Virus record (IMG/VR): IMGVR_UViG_3300044612_000719
Coordinates: 33,276-97,275 of that record
Length of the DNA stretch: 64,000 nt
Strand: one strand, 5' to 3'
Source of the DNA: a virus
This document shows positions 54,909 to 63,326 of the stretch, piece after piece. The position numbers and the translations under genes were made by a program. Below the pieces are notes generated by a model, which worked only from the letters and a program-made list of their open reading frames with translations, was not told the DNA's origin and ran no database searches. Within the stretch, counting starts at the first letter, position 1. Each line of letters starts with the position of its first letter.

Positions 54909-55631
54909 TTAGTTGTTAAAGCCGAGTTCTTCTGATGCAATCTGCACCAAGTCACGCTTGGAAGGCACCTGAATGATGTCTTCGGTGTAAGCCGTTTCGG
55001 TAAACTCAGCGAGTTGGGCGCTGGTCAATGGAGTCAAACCCCATTCTTCAAGATCAGCCGCTTTGACCATCTGAAGCAAGGTGGACGATGTTGCGCCCTT
55101 ACCTGTGCGTGAGATAGCCCAGTAGTGCTTATCAAGAGGACCAGTGCGGTCGCTGTTGTGGAAGTTCTTCAACTGGTCAATAACTCGTGGACCAATCTCC
55201 AATGAACGAAGCACTGGGTCTTCACCTTCGGTGAGAAGTGCAACGTTAAAGTTGTGGCGCTTGGATGGGCGGTTGCCTGCCTTGCAGAGTGGGCAATCTT
55301 CACCGATGCAAACGAACGACTTCTGACCAGAACGCTCAAGCCAGTGCTGACCATACGAAGCGTATGGAGCATCGCCAATAAAGCGAATGATCTGAGTGTC
55401 TTCGGACAACTTAAGACGGACTGCGTAGTTACTGTCACCAGTCTTTACGGAGTCAACACCACTCCAACCACTGCGGACAACACGGCGTGCCTTAGGAGCA
55501 TCGTCTTCGTCCAGAGTCACTGCTGGTCGTGGCTTGCGGGTAATTTCTTCATCCCCAGTGGACTGGGCTGGCTTCTTGCGAACAACAGGTTGGAACTCTG
55601 TCTCGTCATCTTCAAAGTCTGTAAATGGCAT
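54909..55631 (-). CDS. Putative ssDNA-binding protein (gp32-like)
   Basis: IIRF...QHW...SFVC....CPLC...FNV; position in replication module. Confidence 0.6.
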   Translation of the reverse strand: MPFTDFEDDETEFQPVVRKKPAQSTGDEEITRKPRPAVTLDEDDAPKARRVVRSGWSGVDSVKTGDSNYAVRLKLSEDTQIIRFIGDAPYASYGQHWLERSGQKSFVCIGEDCPLCKAGNRPSKRHNFNVALLTEGEDPVLRSLEIGPRVIDQLKNFHNSDRTGPLDKHYWAISRTGKGATSSTLLQMVKAADLEEWGLTPLTSAQLAEFTETAYTEDIIQVPSKRDLVQIASEELGFNN

Positions 55632-55649
55632 CGTTTTTTCTTTCTGTGA

Positions 55650-56084
55650 TTATTTTGGATAGTTTTTTGCTGTGTGCTCCGCAAACTTATTCCAGTCTGC
55701 TTCCGCAGTGCCTAGTTTAAATGTTTGCATTGCTTCAAGTAGAAACTCTACCTGAGGTCTGCTGTATAACCTACGTCCTTTTGTAGATTTGTTAGGAATT
55801 TGTACGCCCTTAGGAGTTGGCGTACGGTACGTGGCTTTTGGTATCCAACCACGTGACTCCCACATACGAATCGTTACAGGTCGTCTGTTTACAGCAATTG
55901 CTAACTGACCAATGGTGAACATTTGTATCTCTTCACCATTGATCCGAAAGACTTTGTAGCGAGCGCCGTTAAAGCGATCACTTAAATGTGAATCTTGTTT
56001 CTTAGTTGCTGGACGATTTTTGGGCGCACGAGATCCTGGAAAGTCGGGCAGGTCGCCAAACATGTCAAGTGCTTTATCGCTCAC
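55650..56084 (-). CDS. MerR-like HTH DNA-binding protein
   Basis: FTIGQLA.AVNR.PVTIR.WE.RG.IP...RRLYS..QV. Confidence 0.75.
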   Translation of the reverse strand: MSDKALDMFGDLPDFPGSRAPKNRPATKKQDSHLSDRFNGARYKVFRINGEEIQMFTIGQLAIAVNRRPVTIRMWESRGWIPKATYRTPTPKGVQIPNKSTKGRRLYSRPQVEFLLEAMQTFKLGTAEADWNKFAEHTAKNYPK

Positions 56085-56515
56085 GCTTTAAATGCCCACG
56101 TTTCTTTTTCAACATAGAACGAAGTAACTGTTTCTTCTTGGTCTTTGTTTTCCCATGCAAACTTCACAAGGTTGTCTTCGTCTACAACTTCAACAACTTT
56201 CTTGATGGCGTCCCAATAACCATTGCTACGTGCCCACTGCTCTACAGCAGTAACATCCAATGAACGAGAGATACGGCGCTCACGCTTCAACTCGTACGAG
56301 CCAACCTTCAACCACTGATGACCTTTGTCGTCCGTGTAACCAAAGATGCTGACAGCCTCAGTCAGTTGCTTCTTCATTTCACCTAAGCGCTTTTCAAGAA
56401 TGTCAATAGTCTCTTTGGACTTTTTGAATTCTTCAGCAAGGCGCTCCATGTGCACCTCATCAAAGTTTTCAATGATGGATTTCTCCGCTGGTTTTTCCCT
56501 CTTTACTGTTGCCAT
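56081..56515 (-). CDS. Coiled-coil hypothetical protein
   Basis: ORF track. Confidence 0.6.
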   Translation of the reverse strand: MATVKREKPAEKSIIENFDEVHMERLAEEFKKSKETIDILEKRLGEMKKQLTEAVSIFGYTDDKGHQWLKVGSYELKRERRISRSLDVTAVEQWARSNGYWDAIKKVVEVVDEDNLVKFAWENKDQEETVTSFYVEKETWAFKA

Positions 56516-56516
56516 A

Positions 56517-58073
56517 TTAAACCTCCGAGTTGGATATGAAGTCTGAAAGTGTACCGATAGTCAGTTCAAATTTGCCCTGACTGTCATAATTCCCGTCAAT
56601 GAAAGCCTCATTGATGCCACGCTTCTGTTGAAGCATTTCATACTGGCGCTCTTCAATGGAACCCTTCATAACGAATGAAGCCACGGTAACATGGGGGTGT
56701 AACGAAGATAGACGGATGATGCGAGCCTCTCGCTGATCCAGTTTTCCAGCGCTCCATGGCAGGTCATAGGAGATGAGGTAGTTGGCGTTAGGCAAGTCCA
56801 CGCCGTAACCACCAGCGTCTGATGATAGGAACAGGCGGGTATGTGGGTCAGTAGCGAATTGCTGTTTGGCGCCGTCCCTCTCTTCAGCGGTCATGCCTCC
56901 CATAAACAGCACGCTGTTAGTTAAAGGGCGCATAGCCTCTTGAATCAATCGTAAGTTCTGTTTAAAGAATGAGAAGAGAACAACCTTACTGTCGGGGTCG
57001 CCTGACAGGATGTCTGAGACGTACTCCAAGACAGATGCCAACTTTGGCGACTTAGCGTTCTCAGGGAGCCACCCAGCCTTGATGATCTTGTCCGCATACT
57101 GACTGCCATCGGTACCACGTGACTCACGGAACTTACGTGCCGAGTCGTAGACAAGGGCTGGGTTATCACACAGCATGCGCAAGATAGTTAAGCGGGACAT
57201 GATTTGACCTTGCGCTTCACCACCCCCGTCACCTCCGTTGTAGTGCGACCACAAGTCAAAACCACGACCATGAGTAGCAATTGCATTGTTAATTTCTTTA
57301 ATGAGATCTTTAGCAATGGTTTGGTATGCAACAGAACCAGCGTTATCAAACGACACAGGTATTACCTGATGTATAACTTTTGGCAGTTGGTCGGCAATAT
57401 CTGCTCGGGTCTTACGAACCATGGACTCAGTAAGGCTGTCCTGTAGTTGCTTTAGGTTGCGATAGCGCATTGGCTTGCCGTAGTGGTCACGAACAATGAA
57501 CGTGCGGTCAAAGATGTCAAAGCGACCTAGCACGCTCTTATCAACAAACTCCATAATTGAAAACAGTTCTTCTGGCTTGTTCTCAATAGGCTGACCCGTT
57601 AATGCAAAGCGGTAGTGACATTTAGAGCCAAGACGCTTAAGCAACTTAGAGCGCTTTGCTCTAGGTGATTTGATAATAGTTGCTTCGTCTATGACCATGG
57701 CGTCACAACTAAGCGCTAGAAACTCTTTCTCATCTTTGACCAGCATCTCAGGGTTAACAATGACATAACGACAACGCAGAGCACTACGCCATAGTGGTGA
57801 TCGGGCATTTTTAGAGCCATCAATCACAATTGCTTTTGAGTTAGTGAACTTCTTAATTTCACGAAGCCACTGAAACTTAAGTGAGGACGGAACGATTACA
57901 GCAACACGATCAATCTCTCCATCATCAAACAAGCGTTCAATGGCGGCAAGTGTGGTCGGTGTTTTACCAGCGCCCATCACCATGGCAAGCATCATCTGTC
58001 CACGATCCACCATGCGTTCCATGGCTTCCTGTTGGAACGGATACAAGGTGCCATTAAAGGTCATTGCATCCAC
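56517..58073 (-). CDS. SNF2-family DEAD/H helicase
   Basis: LYPFQ; MGAGKT; IDEA; ALTGQPIEN; AGGYGVDL; QREARIIR. Confidence 0.9.
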   Translation of the reverse strand: MDAMTFNGTLYPFQQEAMERMVDRGQMMLAMVMGAGKTPTTLAAIERLFDDGEIDRVAVIVPSSLKFQWLREIKKFTNSKAIVIDGSKNARSPLWRSALRCRYVIVNPEMLVKDEKEFLALSCDAMVIDEATIIKSPRAKRSKLLKRLGSKCHYRFALTGQPIENKPEELFSIMEFVDKSVLGRFDIFDRTFIVRDHYGKPMRYRNLKQLQDSLTESMVRKTRADIADQLPKVIHQVIPVSFDNAGSVAYQTIAKDLIKEINNAIATHGRGFDLWSHYNGGDGGGEAQGQIMSRLTILRMLCDNPALVYDSARKFRESRGTDGSQYADKIIKAGWLPENAKSPKLASVLEYVSDILSGDPDSKVVLFSFFKQNLRLIQEAMRPLTNSVLFMGGMTAEERDGAKQQFATDPHTRLFLSSDAGGYGVDLPNANYLISYDLPWSAGKLDQREARIIRLSSLHPHVTVASFVMKGSIEERQYEMLQQKRGINEAFIDGNYDSQGKFELTIGTLSDFISNSEV

Positions 58074-58990
58074 CAGGGTACAACAGAGGCAGTGGTAACG
58101 GCGTGATTGACTTGTTCATCAGTCATGTCACCAATGTCTTTGGCGTCAGTCTTGTCGTAGTTCAAGAAGAAGATACCGTCACGGAACCGTGGAAGGTTCT
58201 TTAGCAAGAACTTTGCAGATTCAATACCTGCTTTGTCGTTGTCCATCGCAATGATTACTCGTTCTGCAACGTCTGTAACTAGTTGCATCTGCTCTTTGCT
58301 GACATGCGCACCGAACGTGGCGAGGGCTTGTATTCCCCCGAATGATGAAGCGAACCTCACCACGTCCAGTGGTGACTCAACAAGGACTGCTGTCCTTGAT
58401 TGAAACCGCTCAATCCCAAACAGTGTGTGGCTCTTCTTCACGCCTGTTGGGTTGTTGTTGAAATAGTTGTAACCCTTTTCCTGCCATCCCATGAGTTCTC
58501 CAAACGGAGACACAATAGGAATAACCCATGCTTTCTTAAGCACGTTCCATTTAATACCATGTGCAAGAGCAACATCGGCGTCAAGGTGGCGCTGTACGAG
58601 TTCTCGGTGAGGTACTAAAGAGAAACGGCTGTACGAGACCCAATCAACGTCTGGCTGAAACTCAACACGTTCTGGTGCTGTTAAACGATTGATACCTGTT
58701 TCAATGAGCAACTGGTTAACTGCTGACACGCTATCAGGGTTACCTGTTAACTCCGATACAAGACCAGCGAGTGTTCCACGAGCACCGCATGAGTGGCAGA
58801 TCCATAAACCGCTCTCTGCATTCATAGACCATGAAGGTGACCCATCTGCACGACCTGTTCGCTTCTCATGAACAGGACAGCATCCCGAAATCTCACGACC
58901 GTTTGTTCGGCGTACATCTACGCCAAGTTCTAAAAGGACGCTTGCTAGATCAGTAGTACCAGTTGTCGGTGTCGCCGTCTTCATTTTCAT
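58061..58990 (-). CDS. dnaG: DNA primase (CHC2 zinc finger + TOPRIM)
   Basis: CPVH...ICHSC; VLVESPLD; AMDNDKAG; KDIGD. Confidence 0.85.
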   Translation of the reverse strand: MKMKTATPTTGTTDLASVLLELGVDVRRTNGREISGCCPVHEKRTGRADGSPSWSMNAESGLWICHSCGARGTLAGLVSELTGNPDSVSAVNQLLIETGINRLTAPERVEFQPDVDWVSYSRFSLVPHRELVQRHLDADVALAHGIKWNVLKKAWVIPIVSPFGELMGWQEKGYNYFNNNPTGVKKSHTLFGIERFQSRTAVLVESPLDVVRFASSFGGIQALATFGAHVSKEQMQLVTDVAERVIIAMDNDKAGIESAKFLLKNLPRFRDGIFFLNYDKTDAKDIGDMTDEQVNHAVTTASVVPWWMQ

Positions 58991-60206
58991 CTACCTCCGT
59001 AAAGTTCATGTTTTCCCAATCCCATTTGATCCTGACCTCACCCTTAGGTGATGACCGTGACAAGATAACCCGAATGATTGCTTGGTTATCAATATCAGGA
59101 TCTGATTCCACACCGAGCACAAGGTCTGAGTCCTGTGCAAATGATGATGTGTAACCAATTGCTTCCGCCGTAATTTGTCGTGACTTCTTGTTACCAAGTT
59201 TCCACGACAACACCTGTGTAGTCCCGATGATAGGGATATCAAAGCGCTGTGCCAACCTCTTAAGCGAGCGTGTGATATTTGTCAATGCTTGTGGTGAACC
59301 TTTAGGTTCCCCTTGTTCATCGTCCATGAGATACACACCGTCAACAATGAGTAGACGTGGTCGGTGCTGTTGCACCTTTCCAGCGAGCGCACTTACTGTT
59401 GTCAATGAGTGAGTATCTTCAGTCATGATGAATGGGTGCATGTTCTTGCGAAGTTTTAATGCTTTGCCGATGCGCTCCATGTCTTGAGCCGTCAAGTCAC
59501 CTCGGATGATTCGTGTATGTGGGACACCTGAAATGATGGCGTCGTAACGAGCCGCTTGCTCTTCAATACTCATTTCAAACGAAACATACATTGGCGTGAT
59601 GCCGTGGTTGTGAGCCGCATCAGCCATGATCAAGGTCATTAATGATTTACCCTTTTTTGCTTCACCAACGAACGTAACCAACTGCTGAGGCCGAAGACCA
59701 GCAGTGATCCGATCAAGACCAAGGAAGCCTGTCGGAATGCCACGAAGACCGTTCGGGGTGTTACGCATTTCTTCATACTTTGATAACCGTCCTTCCCATG
59801 ATTCCATGAGGTCAATGTCTCGTAAGCGTGCAACCTCTACTGAGGCTTTCTGCAAACCTTCAGAGAGTTTGTTAAAGGCTTCTTCTGTTTCGTTGCTGTT
59901 AAGTGCTGGTAGTGCAGAGGTGATTGCGGTAACTAAGTGCTGGTGCTTGTAAGCAACGTAGATCTCGTCAACAAGAGCCTGGAACGGTTCGTTCTCAGCA
60001 TTGAGCAAACGGATGTCTGCGTATTGTTGTTTGAAGACACGTGCGGTTGGAACCACGCTGTACTCACGCCAGTAATCAAGAACCCATAACCAAATGTCGG
60101 ACCACTCACCACTGAAGTGGTCTGGGCGTAATCCTGCGTCAATGACTTCGCTAAGTTCAGCGGTTTGGATTACCTTGCTGATTAGGAGATGTTCAGTTGA
60201 TGCCAT
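58950..60206 (-). CDS. dnaB: Replicative DnaB-family helicase
   Basis: GIPTGF..LD..T.GL; GEAKKGKS; SFEMS; LIVDGVYLM; QDSDLVL. Confidence 0.9.
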   Translation of the reverse strand: MASTEHLLISKVIQTAELSEVIDAGLRPDHFSGEWSDIWLWVLDYWREYSVVPTARVFKQQYADIRLLNAENEPFQALVDEIYVAYKHQHLVTAITSALPALNSNETEEAFNKLSEGLQKASVEVARLRDIDLMESWEGRLSKYEEMRNTPNGLRGIPTGFLGLDRITAGLRPQQLVTFVGEAKKGKSLMTLIMADAAHNHGITPMYVSFEMSIEEQAARYDAIISGVPHTRIIRGDLTAQDMERIGKALKLRKNMHPFIMTEDTHSLTTVSALAGKVQQHRPRLLIVDGVYLMDDEQGEPKGSPQALTNITRSLKRLAQRFDIPIIGTTQVLSWKLGNKKSRQITAEAIGYTSSFAQDSDLVLGVESDPDIDNQAIIRVILSRSSPKGEVRIKWDWENMNFTEVDENEDGDTDNWYY

Positions 60207-60646
60207 TAGAAAACCCAAGCGCTTGTAGGAGATGAAACTGTTGCACGAATACCAAGTATTGAGGCTTGTTCTTGGTGCGGGACGAAGATTGTACGGACTG
60301 AGCGCTTGAAACGCAAGTCGTATTCAAGATCATTTACGGTCTTGTAGTAAAAAACTGGCAATGACATACTTTTACGTTGTAGCCAGTTGTCTACCGCATC
60401 AACAGCATCTTCCGAAAGAAACGTGTAAACCTCGGCGCCAATACCCAAACGATGAGTTGTGTCATACAAAGACTTCAATGGAAGGTCGTTAGGCTTCCAT
60501 AACTTTAAGACACGTTCCCAATTGTTGCGTGCTTGATACAAGGCACTTCCAATTCCTTTAACACCATCTGGAGGTGTTGCAAGCAAGTCTTCAAAGATGA
60601 CTCCGTAGCCAACATCTTCGTATGATTGAATGTCGTTACCAAGCAT
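60206..60646 (-). CDS. Hypothetical protein (degenerate HAD-like)
   Basis: ORF track; coupled within replication operon. Confidence 0.55.
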   Translation of the reverse strand: MLGNDIQSYEDVGYGVIFEDLLATPPDGVKGIGSALYQARNNWERVLKLWKPNDLPLKSLYDTTHRLGIGAEVYTFLSEDAVDAVDNWLQRKSMSLPVFYYKTVNDLEYDLRFKRSVRTIFVPHQEQASILGIRATVSSPTSAWVF

Positions 60647-61278
60647 CAGTCTTTAGTCCTGTAATCCTCACCAGTGATACCAAGCATAAAGCATGACTGC
60701 TTGATGATTGAGTACACCCGTGGGCTGTAGAGGACTGACAGTTTGTCTGGGTTGATCTCTGTTGTGTAAATCGTAGGAAGTTGCATTTCATAGCGAGACT
60801 CAATCATGTTTGACACAGTCTTTGCCATGTACTCAGTTAAGCGGTCTGAGTTCAAGTTGTCAATCACGACAATGTCATAAACACGGCGCATGTACTTAAG
60901 CAAGTTTGGATCGCCGTACATCTCAGGCAACTCACCATCGTTGTTACGTGAGTCGTGAACCATTTCAGTGAAGATGTCATATGACAAGAACAACCCACTG
61001 AGTTCGTTGTTGGTCACTACTTCACGCAATGCGGCTACTGCCATGTGTGTTTTACCAAGACCTGTTTTGCCATGGATGTACAAACCCATGCCATCTTCCA
61101 TGCGCTTGTCAATGCTCTTTGACCACTTTTCAATAGCGGTCTTAAATTGATCGGAACCGTGATCAATGTCGTAGTTGTTGAATGTGCAACTCTTATAACG
61201 AGGTGGTACACGCAAGTTCTTTAAACGTTCGTCAACTGGACGGTTGCGCCAGTACTTATTACTCTTCCATTCGCTCAT
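60646..61278 (-). CDS. DnaC/IstB-like AAA+ helicase loader
   Basis: VPPRY..CTF; GLYIHGKTGLGKTH.A.A; IE.RY...LPTIYTT; G.DYR. Confidence 0.85.
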   Translation of the reverse strand: MSEWKSNKYWRNRPVDERLKNLRVPPRYKSCTFNNYDIDHGSDQFKTAIEKWSKSIDKRMEDGMGLYIHGKTGLGKTHMAVAALREVVTNNELSGLFLSYDIFTEMVHDSRNNDGELPEMYGDPNLLKYMRRVYDIVVIDNLNSDRLTEYMAKTVSNMIESRYEMQLPTIYTTEINPDKLSVLYSPRVYSIIKQSCFMLGITGEDYRTKD

Positions 61279-61386
61279 TTGTCATCCGTTTTGTAAGGGG
61301 AAGTAGATGATACCGCACAGCGGTGGTCTAAGAAGGTAACTGGATCTAAAAAATACAGATCACAGCAAATGCAATGTATGAACGAT

Positions 61387-61788
61387 TTACTCTTCTGTAA
61401 GTCGTTGGTCAATTGATATTGAAGTTGGCTGATCGTCTTCTTTGACATGCATCTCCTTTGCATATTTGTCTAAGTTTGCTAAGAACGCCCTCCACGGCGC
61501 TACGTCTACTGGCAGTGCCCTTCGTGAGATGTCCTTAACGAACGCCAAGATCATGCCACGGATTTGTTCATTTGAAAACCCCTTATCGGAAAGTTTCTTA
61601 AAACCTTTCATTAGGGCGGGTCCATTTACTGGGGCGGTGATTCTCTCCAGCGTTTCGGCAGGCAAATTGTCACGGAAGAAGTAAACCAAACTTCCTCGGG
61701 AGTCTTGTTTCTTCTGTTTAGGAGCAACTTCTTTTTTGTCAAGGTCTTCGCCTAAACCGATTCCCCAGTCGTCAGATTGATTTTTCAT
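61387..61788 (-). CDS. Hypothetical protein, possible partner or split C-terminal half of the initiator
   Basis: Lies between initiator and loader; GAGG RBS. Confidence 0.6.
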   Translation of the reverse strand: MKNQSDDWGIGLGEDLDKKEVAPKQKKQDSRGSLVYFFRDNLPAETLERITAPVNGPALMKGFKKLSDKGFSNEQIRGMILAFVKDISRRALPVDVAPWRAFLANLDKYAKEMHVKEDDQPTSISIDQRLTEE

Positions 61789-62257
61789 CCATCAACCTCT
61801 GATCTACATTTGTTGAATTTTTCCCCTTCTTGATTTTATTACTCTTGTTAGTTACTCTTGATTGGGTGTCACCCGTGACACTACTAGTGGTGTCTCCCGT
61901 GACACTACCTAGTGTCTCCACAGTCACTACTAGGGGTGACTCGTGTGTCACTAGTGGGTTGTTAAAGTTGACGTAGTAGCGGTTCGTCAAGTTCTTGTTG
62001 TTGCGGGTCACACGGTGTTGCTTGACAATCAAACCAATCTCTTCCAGACGCTTCATAGATCGGATCACCGTACGGCGGTCACACCCCAACTGGTCAGCAA
62101 TGTGCTGGTACGAGGTTGTCAACTCTTGGGTGTCAGGGTGCAGGTACTGGAGCATGTGGTTCAGCACGGCATGCGAGATGTAGTCCGTAGCGATGTATGG
62201 GAGCACCCATCTTGGGACAGGTAGAAAGGGTCCACTCAACTTATTGTTTCTTGCCAT
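61772..62257 (-). CDS. Phage replication initiator (lambda O-like wHTH) containing iterons
   Basis: F..VPRW; SYQHIADQLGCDRRTVIRSMKRLEEIGLI...N.Y; internal VTGDT repeats; GAGGAG RBS before MARNN. Confidence 0.8.
   Translation of the reverse strand: MARNNKLSGPFLPVPRWVLPYIATDYISHAVLNHMLQYLHPDTQELTTSYQHIADQLGCDRRTVIRSMKRLEEIGLIVKQHRVTRNNKNLTNRYYVNFNNPLVTHESPLVVTVETLGSVTGDTTSSVTGDTQSRVTNKSNKIKKGKNSTNVDQRLMDEKSI
61866..61951. repeat. Four palindromic iterons GTG(T/A)C-N6-G(A/T)CAC; probable phage origin, with adjacent AT-rich tract at ~61805-61862
   Basis: Copies at 61866-61881, 61890-61905, 61912-61927, 61936-61951. Confidence 0.75.
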
Positions 62258-62311
62258 AACGCTCCTCAGGTTGTTATCTAGGGTCGCCATGCTACACTCT
62301 CGCCAGCGCTT

Positions 62312-62340
62312 TTAGCACTTTCCTGATCGGGTGCTAAAGT
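62312..62340 (+). promoter_or_regulatory. Promoter of the candidate sRNA, embedded in an inverted repeat
   Basis: TTAGCA-17 bp-TAAAGT with extended TG; IR TTTAGCAC...GTGCTAAA. Confidence 0.5.
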
Positions 62341-62346
62341 GTTTAG

Positions 62347-62440
62347 AGTGTTGGGAGGAGGGCGACCTCCTCAGGACGACAGAGCGGGGGCTTTCCCTCC
62401 TTTCTCCCCCGCCCGTGTTTATGGCTCTCCTCCCAACCGC
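62347..62440 (+). ncRNA. Candidate trans-acting small RNA with two C-rich anti-SD segments
   Basis: 14-bp closing stem GTTGGGAGGAGGGC/GCTCTCCTCCCAAC (G-U on plus strand); GACCTCCTCAGGAC; GCGGGGG-CTTTCCCTCCTTTCT-CCCCCGC. Confidence 0.55.
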
Positions 62441-62452
62441 TAAACTTGTTTG

Positions 62453-62617
62453 ATGGCATCTAAAAAAGAAGTATGGGATAAACCCAATCCAAAGAAGAAA
62501 TCAGAGAAGTTGACACCTGATCAAAAGTCAGAAGCAAAGGCTCGTGCTAAAGCCGCTGGTCGTCCGTACCCAAACCTTGTTGACAACATGGCTGTCAGTA
62601 AGAAAGGTAAGAAGTAA
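62453..62617 (+). CDS. 54-aa basic protein (AKARAKAAGRPYPNLVDNM family); leaderless (not in ORF track)
   Basis: TAAACT-N6-ATG; TAATG coupling to next gene. Confidence 0.75.
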   Translation: MASKKEVWDKPNPKKKSEKLTPDQKSEAKARAKAAGRPYPNLVDNMAVSKKGKK

Positions 62618-62892
62618 TGGCAAAGTCAGAAGCGTGGCAACGTAAAGAAGGTAAGAACGAAAAGGGTGGGCTTAACGAAAAAGGCCGTAAGTCCTACGAG
62701 AAGGCTAACCCTGGTTCAGATCTTAAGCCACCTGTAAAGAAAGAACAAGCCGCTAAGTCTAAGAAGTCTGCGGCTCGCCGTGAGTCCTTTTGTGCCCGCA
62801 TGGAAGGCATGAAGAAGAAAAACACATCGTCAAAGACGGCTAATGATCCAGATAGCCGTATCAATAAATCACTAAGAGCATGGGATTGCTAA
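62617..62892 (+). CDS. DUF6321-type basic protein
   Basis: GGLNEKGRKSY...RR.SFCARM...DPDSRINKSLRAWDC. Confidence 0.75.
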   Translation: MAKSEAWQRKEGKNEKGGLNEKGRKSYEKANPGSDLKPPVKKEQAAKSKKSAARRESFCARMEGMKKKNTSSKTANDPDSRINKSLRAWDC

Positions 62893-63326
62893 TGAAGAAA
62901 CTTGTTGATTCGTTAAAGGTTGCATTGGCAGATGCAGTGACTATGTACTTCGTTGCACATGGGTACCACTGGAACGTAGAAGGTCAAGACTTCAGCCAGT
63001 ACCACGCATTGTTTGCTGAGATCTACGAAGATGTCTACAGCAGTATTGACCCATTGGCAGAGAGCATCCGCAAGATGGATGAGTACGCTCCATTTACGTT
63101 GAGTAAGTTCACAGAACTACGCACAGTGGAAGCCAAAGAAGTTAAGCCAGAACCACAGGCAATGGCTAAAGCACTATTGAAAGTAAATGATGGAGTACTA
63201 GAGACTCTTGTCAAAGCCTTCCATGCCGCCAATGACGCTGACGAACAGGGTATTGCTAACCTACTCGCAGAGCGCATTGACATGCATGAAAAGTGGCGTT
63301 GGCAGTTAAAGGCGTCAACTAAATAG
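62892..63326 (+). CDS. dps: Dps / ferritin-like DNA-protection protein
   Basis: H.YHWNVEG.DF.QYH.LF.EIYE......D.LAE.IR; HEK..W.L. Confidence 0.9.
   Translation: MKKLVDSLKVALADAVTMYFVAHGYHWNVEGQDFSQYHALFAEIYEDVYSSIDPLAESIRKMDEYAPFTLSKFTELRTVEAKEVKPEPQAMAKALLKVNDGVLETLVKAFHAANDADEQGIANLLAERIDMHEKWRWQLKASTK

Noticed and set aside
61275-61463. 62-aa Cys-containing ORF between the initiator partner and the loader
   Set aside because: Overlaps the upstream gene by 77 nt with no clear start; a shorter real peptide is possible but unsupported
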